From Octopus vulgaris (Eukaryota), in contig OX597826.1 in assembly GCA_951406725.2 (NCBI GenBank), forward strand, positions 35,526,001 to 35,590,000: a stretch of DNA of 64,000 bases, in the 5' to 3' direction. Both the position numbers and the translations under genes were made by a program. The notes below the pieces were generated by a model. The model did no database searches. It saw nothing but the letters and a program-made list of their open reading frames with translations, and had not been told where the DNA came from. The number at the start of each line of letters is the position of its first letter. The first letter of the stretch is position 1. Below are positions 1 through 15,000 of this stretch, in pieces.

Positions 1-109
1 TTTTTAGTTCATAAAAATTATAACCAAATGGATATGATTTCTCTATAACTCTACAAAGAATTAATTTACTTCCGGAGCTCCAGCCTTAATGTATATAATG
101 AATCGTGAC

Positions 110-460
110 ACTCCATCGGTTGAAACAACGAGGGTTCCAGTTGAGCTGATCAATGAAATTAACGTGCAAGTGGCTGAGCACTCCACAGACACATGTACTC
201 TTAATGTAGGTCTAAGGGATAGTCAGCGTGACACAGAGTGTGACGAGGCTGGCCCTTTGAAATACAGGTACAACAGAAACAGGAAGAAAGAGTGAGAGAA
301 AGTTGTGGTGAAAGAATGCAGCAGGGTTCGCCACCACCCCCTGCCGGAGCCAGGTGTTTTCACTCAATAAACACTCCCGACGCCCAATCTGGAGATCGAA
401 ACCATAATCCTACGACGGCGAGTCTGCTGCTCTAACCACTGGGCCATTGCAGCTCCACAT
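110..460 (-). mobile_element. tRNA-derived SINE (family C)
   Basis: Minus-strand head with A-box TGGCCCAGTGG and B-box-like GTTTCGATC. The body (gaaattaacgtgcaagtggctgagcactccacagac...) recurs at 4740-5052, 16550-16780 and 40670-41030. Confidence 0.75.
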
Positions 461-686
461 ATGATGAATATTTAGAGACTAAAATAATAATTCTGTAACA
501 CCGAGTTCTGTGGTTGAGAAACTTGCTTCACAACAACTTGTTTCAGGAGTCGGATCGCATTATCAGCACCTAACTCAAGCGATACCTTTCAACTATAATA
601 CCAGGCTAACCAATATTTTGTGAGTAGATTTTGAATTTGGTGGGTTTGGTAGACTGAAACTACCCAAAAGTCTACTGTGTATATAT

Positions 687-832
687 AAGAAACTTGCTTC
701 CCAACCACATAATTCCGGGTTCAGTCCCACAGCGTGGTACCTTCGACAAGTGTCTTCTACTAAAGCCTCGGGCCGACCAAAGCCTTATGAGTGGATTTGG
801 TAGATGGAAACTGAAAGAAGCCCATCATATAT
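687..832 (+). mobile_element. tRNA-derived SINE family A, 5' half (a more degenerate copy lies at ~505-680)
   Basis: Matches repeated head cttgcttcccaaccac..ggttcagtccca..gtggatttggtagatggaaactgaaagaagccc seen more than 10 times in the window. Confidence 0.8.
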
Positions 833-844
833 ATATATGCGTGT

Positions 845-1225
845 GCCAAATTACAAGTTAAGTTTTGTACCTGTAATTATTGGGACACTGGGATATTTAA
901 CATGCTGTTTAGATACCAATTTTGAGAAATTAGGATTTTCAAAACTAGAAAGGAGAAAGCTGATTCAAAGACTATAAACTCAAGCCGTCACTGGAACTCT
1001 AAAAATCTGTAAAATTTTCGAGAAGTTTATCATTTAAATATATATGAGTGTGTCTAGATATGCAGCTATATGCATGAGAATACATACATAAAACAAAACA
1101 TACAAATCTGCACATACACATACATGCAAAAATGCACTGTTGATGTTGTTGAAATTGCCTTGGATCTAGGTTAGAAACCGGCCCCTTCTCTATTGACAAG
1201 AAACCTTGAAATAAAAATTGAATGG
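845..1225 (+). mobile_element. 5'-truncated RLE-type non-LTR retrotransposon 3' end plus 3' UTR
   Basis: Translates PNYKLSFVPVIIGTLGY...GTLKICKIF*; homologous to the minus-strand copy at 54660-55200, including the UTR. Confidence 0.75.
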
Positions 1226-1339
1226 CATACATACACACACACACGCATGCACATACATACATACACACACACATACATACATACATACATACATACATAC
1301 AAAATACCCACCACCCTAATTGTTGCTATAGAGAGAGAC

Positions 1340-3215
1340 TCACAAAGACATGGACAACTGTTCTCACACTTCCAGCTGAGAACAGAATAATTGTTTCAGA
1401 TAGTATAGACATCTCAAAGGGAATATTCCAGGGAGATAGTCTTTCAGTACTTCTTTTCATTTTGGCACTGAATCCATCCATTATCGTTCCTACTGCAGAA
1501 AATAAATGGTTACATGCTCAGATCTTCAACTGCTAGAAATATCAATGTAACTCATAATTTCTTTGTAGACGACCTCAAGATTTATGCTAAAAGTGTAAAC
1601 AATGCCAAAGTACAACTGAAATTAATAACAACCTTTTCAGCTGATACAAGCATGAAATTTTACCAAAAGAAATGTTCATATTTGGTTATAGAATGAGGAA
1701 AGTCAGTCCCCCAAACCCAAAACCTGTGCATCAACGATCTCTCTATCTCCCCCTTTCCAAACAAAGAATGTGACACGTACCTAGGCATAGACGAAAATGT
1801 ATCATATGAAGGCATTGGGAATAAAGATAGAGTGACCCAAGAATATTACACCAAACTTAGGAAAATATGGCAGTCGGAACTCTCCATGTGCAACAAAACA
1901 ATAACCCACAATGCATTTGCGGTACCAGTGCTGATCCCAACATTTGGGATACTTAATTGATCTGTAGAGGAAAACCACTCCATAGATATCAAAACCCGCA
2001 AAATCCTGACAACAACTGGGAACTTTCACAGAAACAATGATGTTGACAGGCTCTACCTAAGAAGAAATGAACGTGGTAGAGGCCTGAAATCAAAGCAGAT
2101 GGCCTTCGAATGCCGTATGATATCACTCAGGTAGTACTAGCTAAACAACAGCAGCAAAAATAAATACATAAATACAGTGCTGAAAAGTGAAATGAGCAAC
2201 ATTGTATGAGTTGGCAATGAGCTCCTTAAAAAGCATTTCTCCCTGATGATCTATACAGCCCCAAAACAGCTGGGCTATCTTACCTCAGAGAAGACCTGGA
2301 TGGCAAGCACTCAGCACAGAAAACAAAAAAAGACCATGTATTGGTAGGTTGCCCGGAAACTTGAAGACAGTTGAATAGACATGAGGCACAGCCTCTCTTG
2401 GAAATAAGACCACTACATCACATCGCCCTTTGAAGGCTGTGTGTTTGCAATCCAGGAATAGGAGATTGCCACAAAGTGTCTAGTGAACATGAGAGACAGT
2501 GATGCTCTTGTAATCCCAAGGTGCAACTGCATGTGTAGGCTATTCATGTTTCTGTGGAAGATATCACCCAAGTGATTAGCAGCTGTCTTAAAATGTCGTC
2601 ACGGCGCTACCTCCCTATGCAGCACGATGTTGTTGCTAAAACAATTAATAATGCCATCCATAAGAAAGACTGTCCTGAAATAAACTTAGAAAATCCGTCA
2701 TGGAATACTTTCATAAACACCAACTCAAGGAATACTGGTGGAATATTCCCATCAAAACTTCTGTTAAATGTGAGCATAACAGGCTGGATATTGTTGTTTG
2801 TGACAGAGAGGCAAGGGTATGTACCATCATAGTGGTTAGCTGCCCTGCAGACATGAATATCTCATTGAAAATCAAAGGAAACGAATATCTCTATGGACTA
2901 CTGCTACAAGACCTCCAGCTTCGATATCCAGACTATGAATTCATATTCATAGTCCAATAATAATTGGAGCACTAGGTTTTGTTAGAAAATGCTTAAAGGA
3001 GGATCTGGATAAACTGGGATTTTCAGAAAGAGAAATTGACCGGCTGATTCGTACATCACAAGTGCAATGTGTGAGTGGAACAGTAAAAATATGCAAGACT
3101 TTTCTCAAGTTCTAAATGTGAATTTGTCTGTGTTAACTACATCTCAAAGATGGAGCCTTGTACCTTTGTTGGAAACTAGCTCCCTCCTCAGTCAAAGATT
3201 TATAATTATTAAAAG
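1340..3215 (+). mobile_element. Degenerate R2-superfamily (R4/Dong-like) LINE: RT, Zn knuckle and restriction-like endonuclease
   Basis: Fragmented ORFs with GIFQGDSLS, FFVDDLK, QHD (RHD-like), NRLDIV..D...IIVVSCP and terminal SGTVKICKTFLKF*; many stops and frameshifts. Confidence 0.9.
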
Positions 3216-3269
3216 ATAGAAGAGACACACATATATACACACTCACATAAATATATACATGCTTAGCGT

Positions 3270-3840
3270 TTTACTAATTGAAGTGCGGCCTAATACCTGC
3301 GTTGCAAGGGCCTTCTAGAGAGTGTGTGAAAAGAAATACCTGCTACTGGAATGTGTGAGTTTTATCGTCTTCTTTACAGTGAAAACTACCAATGATAGAA
3401 AAAGAACAAGGAAATGATATAGTTGGAACTCAGAATGATATTTTCGCAAGTTGATATTGAACTAAAAGAAGTGTGAAGATAGTTTAGTCACCAGAACTGT
3501 CTCACACATTTGATGATGGCAATGACGTGGTTGGTGTTTGTAGAACTGGTGGTTGTAAGGGTGATAATAGTGCTAATAGTAATGGTAGACGGATGGTTAT
3601 AATGACGGTAGGGTGTAATGATATTGGTGATAATGGTGGGTGAGGTAACAGGGTTACAATCTTGCTGATAGTGATGACATTAATGATGATTATGTCAGCG
3701 GTGAGGTGCTGGTGGTGTTGGCGGTAGTGGTGGCAGGAAAAATAATTGTGATGTTGAAATTTGAGTATTTAAAGATGAATGGAAATGTATTAACAGTGAG
3801 TGTTTTGGACAGCAATCCTTCAAGCAAAATCTAGTCTATA
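3270..3840. mobile_element. Possible non-autonomous Helentron-like element with (GGT/GAT)-rich interior
   Basis: Start ttttactaa...acctgcgttgcaagggc resembles the HINE-type 5' palindrome; weak. Confidence 0.25.
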
Positions 3841-3998
3841 TGTGTACATACATACATGTGTATGTATGTGCATATGTATATATATATATATATATATGCA
3901 TGTATATATATATATTTGTCTCTATGTATGCGTATATTTGTATGCATTTATTGTATTTATGCATGCATGTACGTGTATATATTTATATATATTCATAC

Positions 3999-4030
<32 letters not shown>

Positions 4031-4091
4031 TCATATACATATATATATATATAAACACATATAAATATATTGCACACACACACACACACAT

Positions 4092-4173
<82 letters not shown>

Positions 4174-4739
4174 AGGGAGATAATGGAGAGAGAGAAAGAG
4201 AACATTTTAATGGAAACAATTCTTTCAAATTATCAAAACCAGTTTCGTCTTTTATCCCTTTCCTAAAATTTACTTCATATCCCCCGAGAATGTTCTCTTT
4301 AGTAAACTACTGGTATTAATCTTTTTTTTACTCCTTTGTATATTCAGGTAAATTAATCTAATTGCAAATTTGTACAGATGTTGTGATGAAGTGAAAAACA
4401 ATATTTTTTTTTTTCAAAAATAAGCAACAATGGCTTTAAAAATAGATAGAATTCTGTAATTTGTTAGAATTGTAGCTGTCTGTCACAAATAATAGCGTTT
4501 GAGAAGTTTAGAGAACAGATTAGACAAACGCTGAGGTGATGTTTTTGTGTCTAGATTTAATAAAAGACACATTATATTGATAACTATTACACGTTCAAGT
4601 ACACTTGAATATTGTATCTCACTTGAATATAGTATTCTCTGATAATGGAACGAAACATTAAAGTATCTAAACGAACATTGATAAAGTAATAGATTATCGG
4701 CCTAAGATTTAAGGATAATTTTAAGGACATTAAGGAGCA

Positions 4740-5052
4740 CTGCGTCGGTTATGACAACAAGGGTCCCAGCTGATACAATCAACAGTTTGCTCGTGAAATT
4801 AATATGCAAGTGGCTGGGTAATCCACAGACATGTGCACCCCTAACGTAGGTCTCAGTGAGATTCAGCATGACACAGAGTGTGACAAGACTGGACCTTTGA
4901 AATACATGTACAACTCATTTTTGCCAGCTGAGTGGACTGGATCAACATGAAATAAAGTGTCCTGTTCAAGGACACAATGCGTCACTGGGAACTGAACTAA
5001 TGAACTTACAATCGTGAGTCGACTGCCCTAACCACTAAGCCACGTGCCTTCA
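4740..5052 (-). mobile_element. SINE family C
   Basis: Homologous to 110-460; flanked by direct repeat tttaaggacattaa (TSD-like). Confidence 0.8.
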
Positions 5053-5862
5053 CTTTAAGGACATTAATCCCTAATGAAAGATTATTTGTGTTGCTTGTCA
5101 CTAGGACTTAAGGAGGGTAATCTGATTAAGCAGAACATTTGTATTGTGATTAAGAATCCTTGATAAGTCTGGAGTAGCGTGTCTACAGTTCAGTGCCTTG
5201 TATTTGGCAGACAATTTAAAAACCGTAGATTTAGTTGGGTAAAAACGATTCTGCCAGTGGAAAAAACAACTAAGACATAATGTACATCTTATTTAGAACA
5301 TTCCAGAAATCAAAGTTAACAATATAGGATCAGAAATATAAGCTTTGTGATAATATTTTATTGTTTACTCGGGAGGGAAACCATGGCCCATGACCCATTA
5401 CAGGGCCACAAATAATGGTGGGAGGAAGGTATTCTCAAACTGAAAGCTCGTCTCCAATGCTTGTAACAAAGAAGACTCTGTTAAAGATACTCAGGGCAAC
5501 AGGTGGTAGTAGTCAACCAGGAGGTGGTGATCTAAGCCTACCTCTCATGTTGGCCAAAGATCCCAATCAAGTACCATGCAGTATCAGGTTCAGTATTTTT
5601 ACAGTTCTGTCATTCCAATGTTTTGGATTGTTGCTTTTTTATCGAACCCCGAAAAGTTGACCTTGGCAAGATTGAATCTTTTCATGGTTAACTGAGTGAT
5701 CCAATAAAAATAAAATTCATAACTTTATAAGCTTAAATAAAATACTTAAAAAAATTGAATATAAATACATATTCAACACAGCTTACTTCAAAGAAGAGGA
5801 TGTTTCTCAGAACAGCTGTTGTGCAGATAACGTCTATTGTGGCGGAAACATGTACTCACAGC

Positions 5863-6147
5863 CAGTGGCGGACTGGCTAGGTTGCCAGCTTGCCCGATGG
5901 CAAGTGGGCCCCTGTGCCATTAGAATCCACGTTAATATACAATGAGCCCATTCCCTCAAGTTTGAGAATACTTTATTCACTCCTGGAAGAATGCATTAAT
6001 CATTTCAGCCTGGCTGTGCTTGTAGACAGTTGGAAAGATTACTTTTAACGAAACAAAAAAAGTAAAAAATTAAATGATAGCATTGTAGTTGCGGCTGGGC
6101 CCCTTAATCCCCTGGCAACCAATATTGTTAGATCCAGTCTGCCACTT
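5863..6147. mobile_element. hAT-like MITE
   Basis: Terminal inverted repeats cagtggcggactgg / ccagtctgccact; subterminal gggcccct motifs. Confidence 0.6.
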
Positions 6148-6424
6148 CTCAGATATTTCCTTGTCTCCAAGAATAACAAGCTGTTTTTATCTTTAGCAGC
6201 GAATCAATTTTGGAGAGTTGTTTAGTTTTGAGATTAACCTTCCCTTCACATTCAGAGTTCGCAGTACTTTCAACTAGACAGCGGTTTATCTTCTCCTGGG
6301 TGATGATAATTTAAATAAATCAAGAATTAATTTTATTTATCATTTAAAATACCTTCATTCACCTTTGTTGCCCCAATTCATGCCACTGACTATGACGTTA
6401 TCTCTCTTTGCTCATCGTTTGGAG

Positions 6425-6594
6425 GACAATGTAATCGACTTCGTTTTATCGACCCCAAAAAGACGAAAACCAAAGTTCACATCAGCTGGAATTGAGTATG
6501 GCGCGTAAAATGCCAGAAGAACCTCTAAGCATTTAGTCTGAGAAGCTAATGATTCTGCCCACTCGCCTTGTTATTGTTGTAGTTGTCATTATTC

Positions 6595-6633
<39 letters not shown>

Positions 6634-6644
6634 ATAATAATAAT

Positions 6645-6720
<76 letters not shown>

Positions 6721-6930
6721 GCTGTTTGTAAAATAAGCAAAAGGTCCAGAACTTGTTCGTGAGGGATTAACCAACGAAATCAGTCGGTTACATGACTGGT
6801 ACTTTATTTTATTGAGCACAGTGATATGCAAAGAAAAGCTGACCTTGGTGGGGTTTTAAATCAGAGCAAAGAGTCCATAACTATTTACCACAATATATTT
6901 CTGTTCGTCGTTCTTGCGATTTTGCTCACC
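6425..6930 (-). mobile_element. Two degenerate SINE family B copies separated by an (AAC)n(AAT)n tract (6595-6720)
   Basis: Reverse complement of the gtcgactttgcctttcatcc..ggggtcgataaa..gtaccag consensus. Confidence 0.6.
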
Positions 6931-9900
6931 ACTATCACATAATAACAATAACCTTCACCAAATTCTTTAACAATATCCAATCTACATTATTGGATATAAT
7001 ACATCATAAATTCTAAACAGATTTTCTATAGAATTTTAGAGCCAGCACTGAAAGTTACGACGTTTCATATGTGAATACGTCTTTGTAAACAATGGAATCA
7101 AAGATAGAAAAGTGGATAATGGGAGTAAATGCATATTTCAGGAACTCTTGGTCCTTCCTCGGCACCACATTCAACCCATAGCCATCCACAAATACACTGC
7201 TCAAACAGCCACTGAATTTAATGGTGTGACACTATAGGACAGACCAGTTTACATATCAAACACATGGATAGTATACAGTGATTGTAAAACGAAAATATGA
7301 TTCTCTCCCAGCAATTGAATCCTGAGAATATTGTGTAACCCTAGAGTAAACCTCGGCTAAACAGCATCAATAAGATCCATTAATGAAGAAATTTAGTAAT
7401 GATTCTCCCATTATTGATATAAAGAATCCCAAACATCAACCTCCTCTCATATTTCTTGGGGGGAGAACATCTTGCACTTATTTAACTCATTACAATATAT
7501 TTTGAAAGGGATTTCGTTGCTATTTCTAGCTAACCAAGTGACTTCAAAGTGGCCAATCAATATGGGCTGGTTGGATGTACAAGAATCAGCAACGAAATCT
7601 CTTTCAAATTATATCTTATCGTCTTAGAAAAGGAGATATTAGATGATGTAGTACAAGTTTGTTGTACATAGGTAAAGGCTGGATGGTCATAACTGGAATG
7701 CTTTGTTATAATCTGCTTGATCAGAACTGACCCACAGTTAAACAAGTGCAACGCTTATGAATTATTCTGGTTGTTAGGCCTTTCCTCCACCCTGATGACT
7801 TTTGAAAGAGCACTGATAAAAGAGTAGCTTAAAGTGTTGATGTGTGAATGTAATACTCACACAGGTTCCACAGAGAATAAACACATACAAAAGTGAAGCA
7901 CAGTGGTTGGGTGTATATAAATTATTGAGTGGAACGGTAAGTCTGCAATCATGCCAATATGTTGCGAAAAGCAGAGGCTATTATAATAATGGTATTCAAA
8001 ACAAATAGACCATTTGTTGTTATAATAATTTTTCTAATATAGATAACATCCTTGATATTGATTTTCGGGTGATAACGTTACTGAGGCCTAAATTAAAGTC
8101 TGGTTAAAAATTACAGCTTTCTTTGTGCTGTGTCATGGCAAGTCTAGTATCTAACAGTGTGGACGTAAACAAATTGCAATTCTATGTCCTGCAAACATAT
8201 AATAATGCTTTTATCATTTTCAAATTAAACAATCTGGCTCCTAATATACATAATAATTTTACAATAAATGATTAAGAATTAGATATAAAATCACGATAAT
8301 ATCTTAAAACTTTAATGAAATGTGATGACTCATTTGTAAACTGCTGGCTAGAAAATTATTGTAGTGTATAGTTGGAGTTACAAAAAGGTTAATTTAGTTT
8401 TTCATTCTTAAAGGGAAAGAGTCAAAACAAATGAGAACTACATGTCAAGTCCATCACAAACTGAGATGGTTTCCTATTCAAAATAAAGCAATTTTAAATT
8501 ATTGGACTGAATACCTTCAAAGATTGACCTGCAACTAGACAGTAATAGTATTTATCACAAAATGGCAAAGAGTTCATAACTCTTTTTCTGTATATAAAAA
8601 TCTGTATCAACTGATCGTTTAAGCTAAGTTTGCTTGTACTATGCTGGTGAGGTCTAATAGACTAAATCATGTTAGTAGTTGTCCTCCTTTGCCTGCAAAC
8701 TGAATGTAAAATAAATTTGATAGATTAATTACAAATTTCTTGAAATTATTTCTCCTTCCTTTTTCGAGTCACTAACACTTGCCAGAAGGTGTTTGCGTTT
8801 GTTCTCATAATCAGAGGGAGACTTCGATTTATTAGAAAAAAAGCATCTAACGAATGGAATATATCACTCTGTAATTTCCTTAACCATGTCCATATTTAAA
8901 ATTTCTCTTTCTATATTTTATCAGTAAATATTTCTCACATCTAGTTTTGCTCAAATTCAAGCAACTCCATTAAACATCTATCACACTCAGGTTCCCTTTA
9001 ATTTGTCAAACCCATTAATTTTTTTTAATATATCGTGATCCCTTTTAACACAGTAATTTTAAGACTTTTCAAACGGATTATAAGTGTATTATTTTCTAAT
9101 TAATTTGCTTTTAGGTGATAATTGCTATATCTAATGAAACTTTATTTATTGAAACCTTAACTAATTAAGCTTCATCTAATGAGACTTTCGCTAATAAGAA
9201 CTTATTTAATGAAACTCAAGATTGCGGGTAAGATTCTTATTAATGATATCAATTGAAAACCTTTATAATAATAATAATGAAAATTTGTATATGACATTAA
9301 CTTATTCCTTCATTAACATTATTTCTTCCTCATTGCTCATTGTTCATAACATGTCTACCGATACCACAGGCAGTCATTATGCACACAAGCCAGAAATGGA
9401 TTGTTACATTGTAACTCAATCTTGTGTAAGAGATTTTGTAAAAAGTCTAAAAGTAACATTTAATGGTATCACACAACTTATCGTTCTATCATTGTTGTTT
9501 GATCCCAGGAAACGATATTCCAGTTATGTACACCTCGACTTTTCAAGAGTATCTAACTCTACATTATCTCGTGTAAATCACTTCCCCATTCCTTCGTTCA
9601 TTTATTGTTGTTGTTGCTATTGTCATTACACTATTGAAGAACAAACAGTCGCAAATAAACAATTATTCACAAACCATTTCTATTTTCCTCATTTCCGCGT
9701 ACCACTTATATAATTGCTTGGTCTTTTTATGTTTTCGTATGCTCATGCTATACTTTGTTAATATTGCTTGTAGCAGCTACCTTCTTAGCTTGTTCTTCAA
9801 GATATCACTTTCAGTATATGCTATAGATTTCAAACTCAGATTTCCCTACCACCTTCATTCCTTCCTGTTTATATCTTCATTGTTACTTTATTAACATCAC

Positions 9901-10224
9901 ATTTCACTTCATTTTATTAGCTCTCTTATTCGCATCTTATATTCTCTGCCTTATGAATATTTGTTCTTTTTGCAGCTTTTATTAGCACTCCATCCCATTT
10001 CATTTAAACCCATTATAATAATTTTAATTGTCATCTTTTATTTTCTATATTACATAGAGATTTGTTGTATTCATACCCCGCAAGAATTTTCCTTAGCCAT
10101 TTGTCTAGATGTGAATTATATGTATGTGTACATATATGTATATGAATATATGTGCATATACGTTTGCTTGTATAAGCATATCCATGCAAGCACATACACA
10201 TCTAGATATATATATGTAAACAGA

Positions 10225-10241
10225 TAAATACATAGATAGAC

Positions 10242-10294
<53 letters not shown>

Positions 10295-10630
10295 CATACA
10301 TACATACATACATACATACATACATACATGCATGCATGCATGCATGCATGCATGCATACATACATACATACATACATACATACATACATGCATGCATGAA
10401 TGCATGCATGCATGAATGCATGCATGCATACATACATACATACATACATACATACATACATACATACATACATACATGCATGCATACATACATACATACA
10501 TACATACATACATACATACATACATACATACATACATGCATGCATGCATACATACATACATACATACATACATACATACATACATACATACATACATACA
10601 TACATACATACATACATACATACATAGACA
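10225..10630. repeat. Compound tetranucleotide microsatellite (AGAT)n(ACAT)n/(GCAT)n
   Basis: Direct inspection. Confidence 0.98.
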
Positions 10631-11186
10631 GGCAGAAAAGTATACATATATAATTTTCATACCTTAGCTAGATTTGTAAATATCTATAAATGTACAGTTT
10701 GTGATGCAATATATTGCTTTAGAAAACATTATCAGAATCAAGCATTCGTCCTTAATTTATATTATTATAAAGCATAAGAATACATTTATGTAAACCTGTT
10801 TATGTAAATAAAAACTAAACGTAAGCATTATTAAATATTTTAAAATAACTGAACAACTCAAATTTAATGATATTAAATTATATAATGCATATTTATTCAA
10901 TTACAGAAAGATGTGTAGCAATTTATATAGACGTGTACTCAAGTGACATCCATTAACAATGTTTTAAATGTGCATGCAGAATACATGTGCAAGTGCACAC
11001 GCATTCATATGTATATATGTACGCGAGTGTATTTATGTATCCATAAATATATATGTTTATATGCATTTATAAAAATATTTACACACACACATATATGCAT
11101 TATATATATTTTTGCATATAGATGCACATAAATTTATATGAATACATATATATGAACATATATATGTGTTTATATATATATATATG

Positions 11187-11219
<33 letters not shown>

Positions 11220-12559
11220 TATGTATATATATGCGTATATGTTTTATGCATTTATTTACACACACACACACACATGCGTGTATTAGATTACATTACAGTA
11301 TATGGTATTACACACATACATGCACACATGTATATAGCTATATGTGCGCGCACGTGTGTGGGTGCAAAGTGGTATTTTCAAATTATTAACCTTTTTCTGA
11401 TTATTATACACTTATTGCATCAATTGTAATCAAACTATTTCTAACAGAATTTTTCCTTTTTACTCAGGAGATCTATATGGCAATTTCTTTTCTCCTTCTC
11501 CTCCACTTCAAAAGTATATAGCACTCGTTTTATTTTTACTATTGTTTAAACACTTTTGCATTTTTTTTTTTTTTATCTCTCCAAATCAAAGACAAGATGC
11601 AATATTTCTAAAAGTTATCGTATTGTGGTAAAGTGTAATATTATTGGGATACCTTCACAAATATTACACTGGTCAGGTTTGCAGGGAATATTCGCAATAC
11701 GAGCTTGCCTTTCGTTCAATAAATTCTACAGTATTTATTTTATATCTTTATTTATTTATTTATTTTTGTTTATTCATTCTTCTACTATTGCTGAAAAACA
11801 AAATTTGAATGAATAAGGAAAAAAAGAGAAAGATATTGTGAATGATAAATAGATAAAATATAATATATGAATAGGAAACGAAGAGCTTCATAACATGCTA
11901 CGCAATATAACTTATCTTCGTTGCTGTTAGCAACTACTCATTTTCTTTCAGTAGAGACCTAGATTGCTCCACCTATAAATAATCCCAGACTTGGTACCAA
12001 ACACAATGCCTTCCTGAATTTATAGACAGCAGAAGTAAGGAACAACAATTTCTCAGTAAAACATTTCTTCAAAGATTGTCATAAATAAAGGCCAAGCTGT
12101 GTTATTATGGCGGTATTTTCACGATCTGCAGACACAGAACTAGAATCTTCTTTTGCAGTATTGGATATAACTCAGGAAACAATCCAATTGTTATAGTTGA
12201 TAGAATGGGAAGTATATATATATATATATATATATACGCAGACTGACACACGCCAACACAGATGCACACACAGACACACACGTATATATACACAAAGACG
12301 TGTATGTGCAGGCCTAAGTATTTGTGATTGTTCACATAGATGTTTGCGTGTGCATATGTAAACACATATATATGTATACATATACACACATATATACATA
12401 TGTATTTACATACATATTCACCTATTTACAAATAGATATCACATATATGTGTATATACACACACACATACATATATATATCTGTATATATATATACATTT
12501 CTATTTATATATGTATATATATGTGTATAAAAATGCATATACATATATATGTATATATA

Positions 12560-12716
<157 letters not shown>

Positions 12717-13339
12717 TAGTTTTTTTTCGTTTATAGCAATATTACACTATTTTTTCTGACGCAGCACAATACATTTTCCCACCCTCTACCCCTCTAACTG
12801 GCACCATTTTTCTTTGGAAGAACTAGAGACGTTCTAGAAGATACATGAACCAAAGCCATCCAATGTAAGCCAGTATTTTCTTCTATATTCTTGCTTATCT
12901 AGAATATGGGGTCTTGCTACAATATACAGAAACCCAGCATTGCATATTTTTATTTCCATCATAAATCCAATACTGGGAAAACCAAAATTATATATTATTA
13001 GTTTTAGACATGAATCATGTTGGAATGGTCGGAAAATCATGTTGAATGAAGGCAGAAAGATAAATTTAGGGGTTTGTTCAATAGATATAAATTACAGAGC
13101 GGAAAGGTGTATTTATTGTGAAGTACAAATATCGAGGAAAATAGATCAAAGCTATCGTATATCTTCACAAACTTCAATTGGGAAGGTTTCAACCTAGATC
13201 TCACATTCTCTTGTGCTGTTATGGTATTGCAATTAGGAGGGGTATCTAACATCATTAATGTAAACCCATAATATGCCTGGTATACTATGAGGTTATATAT
13301 GAATGTGTATGCAAGTGCCCGCTGTGTGTGTGTGTCTAT

Positions 13340-13396
<57 letters not shown>

Positions 13397-13749
13397 CATA
13401 CACAAATGTATATACATATATATACCTGTACGTAAGTATATATGTGTGACAGTATGTATGCATCATCATCACCACCTTATTTTCGCCTTCCTTTCATGGG
13501 TCAAACGGAATTTGTGCACTTAGATTTTCTACAGCTGGATGCCCTTTCTATTGCTAATACTCACTTGTTTCCAAGCAAGGTAATATTTCTCCATGGTTAG
13601 TCATACTTTTGATAGCAAAATAAAAACAAACAACATCACTGTGATGCACTTTTAAAGTGACTATGTAATGTTATATATATATATATATGGCGGTACCCCA
13701 GCATGGCCACAGCTCATAAGCTGAAACTAGAATCAATCAATCAATCATA

Positions 13750-14102
13750 TAGGCACGGGCATGGCTGTGTGGTAAGAAGCTTGCTCCCTAATCAGATGGT
13801 TCCAGGTTCAGTGTCACTGCATGGCACTTGGGCAACTGTCTTCTACAATATCCTCGGGTCGACCAAATCTTTGTGAGTGGATTTTGTAGATGGAAAATAA
13901 AAGAAGCCTGTTATATATGTTTATCTTTGTGTGTGTGTGTCTCTGTCTGTCTTCAACATCACTTGACAAATGATACTGGTGTGTTTATATCCCAGTAACT
14001 TAGAGGTTCAGCAAAAGAGACCAATAGAATAAATACTAGGCTTTAAGGTGGGACTCCAGCATGACCACAGTCAACTTACTGAAACAAGTAAAAAGATAAA
14101 AA
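13750..14102 (+). mobile_element. SINE family A, full length
   Basis: Head ggctgtgtggtaagaagcttgc, central (TG)n, 3' gaaacaagtaaaaaga tail. Confidence 0.85.
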
Positions 14103-14109
14103 TATGTGC

Positions 14110-14365
<256 letters not shown>

Positions 14366-14504
14366 TATATATATTCTGTTACAAGCAAGTGGGCAAGACT
14401 GTCGCCTGTCTTTAGATAACTTTCACTCTTTCTACAAATATTCACGGAGACCCTGAAAAAGATTTCAGGGTTCTCATTCCACTCTCCCTAGCTCTTAACA
14501 AAAG

Positions 14505-14697
14505 CCACAGGAGTGGCTGTGTGGTAAGAAGCATGCCTCCTAACCACATGGTTCTGGATTCAGTCCTACTGCATGTCACCTTGGGCAAGAGTCTTCCACT
14601 ATAGCCTCGGGTCAACCAAGGCCTTGTGAGTGGATTTGATAGATGGAAACTGGAAGTAGCACATGGTGTACGTATATATATATATATATATATATAC

Positions 14698-14732
<35 letters not shown>

Positions 14733-15000
14733 GAGAGTGAGAGAGAGAGAGAGAGAGTGAGAGAGAGAGATGTGTGTGAGTGTGTCTGTGCATGTGTGTA
14801 TATCTGTGTGTATATATTTGTACCCTATCACCACTTGACAACCAGCGTTTGTGTAACCTAGCAGTTCGACCAAACAGACCTATAGAATAAGTGCTAGGCT
14901 TAAAAATAATTCCTTGGGTCAATTTGTTTGACCAAAACCCTTCAAGGCTGTGCCCCAGCGTGGCTGCACTCAAACAACTGAAACAAGCAGAAGATAAAAA
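14505..15000 (+). mobile_element. SINE family A with expanded internal (TA)n(GA)n
   Basis: Family consensus head and tail. Confidence 0.85.

Noticed and set aside
7791-7812. CTGATGA..GAAA motif
   Set aside because: No stem II or III and no cleavage triplet
9222-9713. 163-aa ORF
   Set aside because: Non-ATG start, AT-biased composition, no recognisable motif
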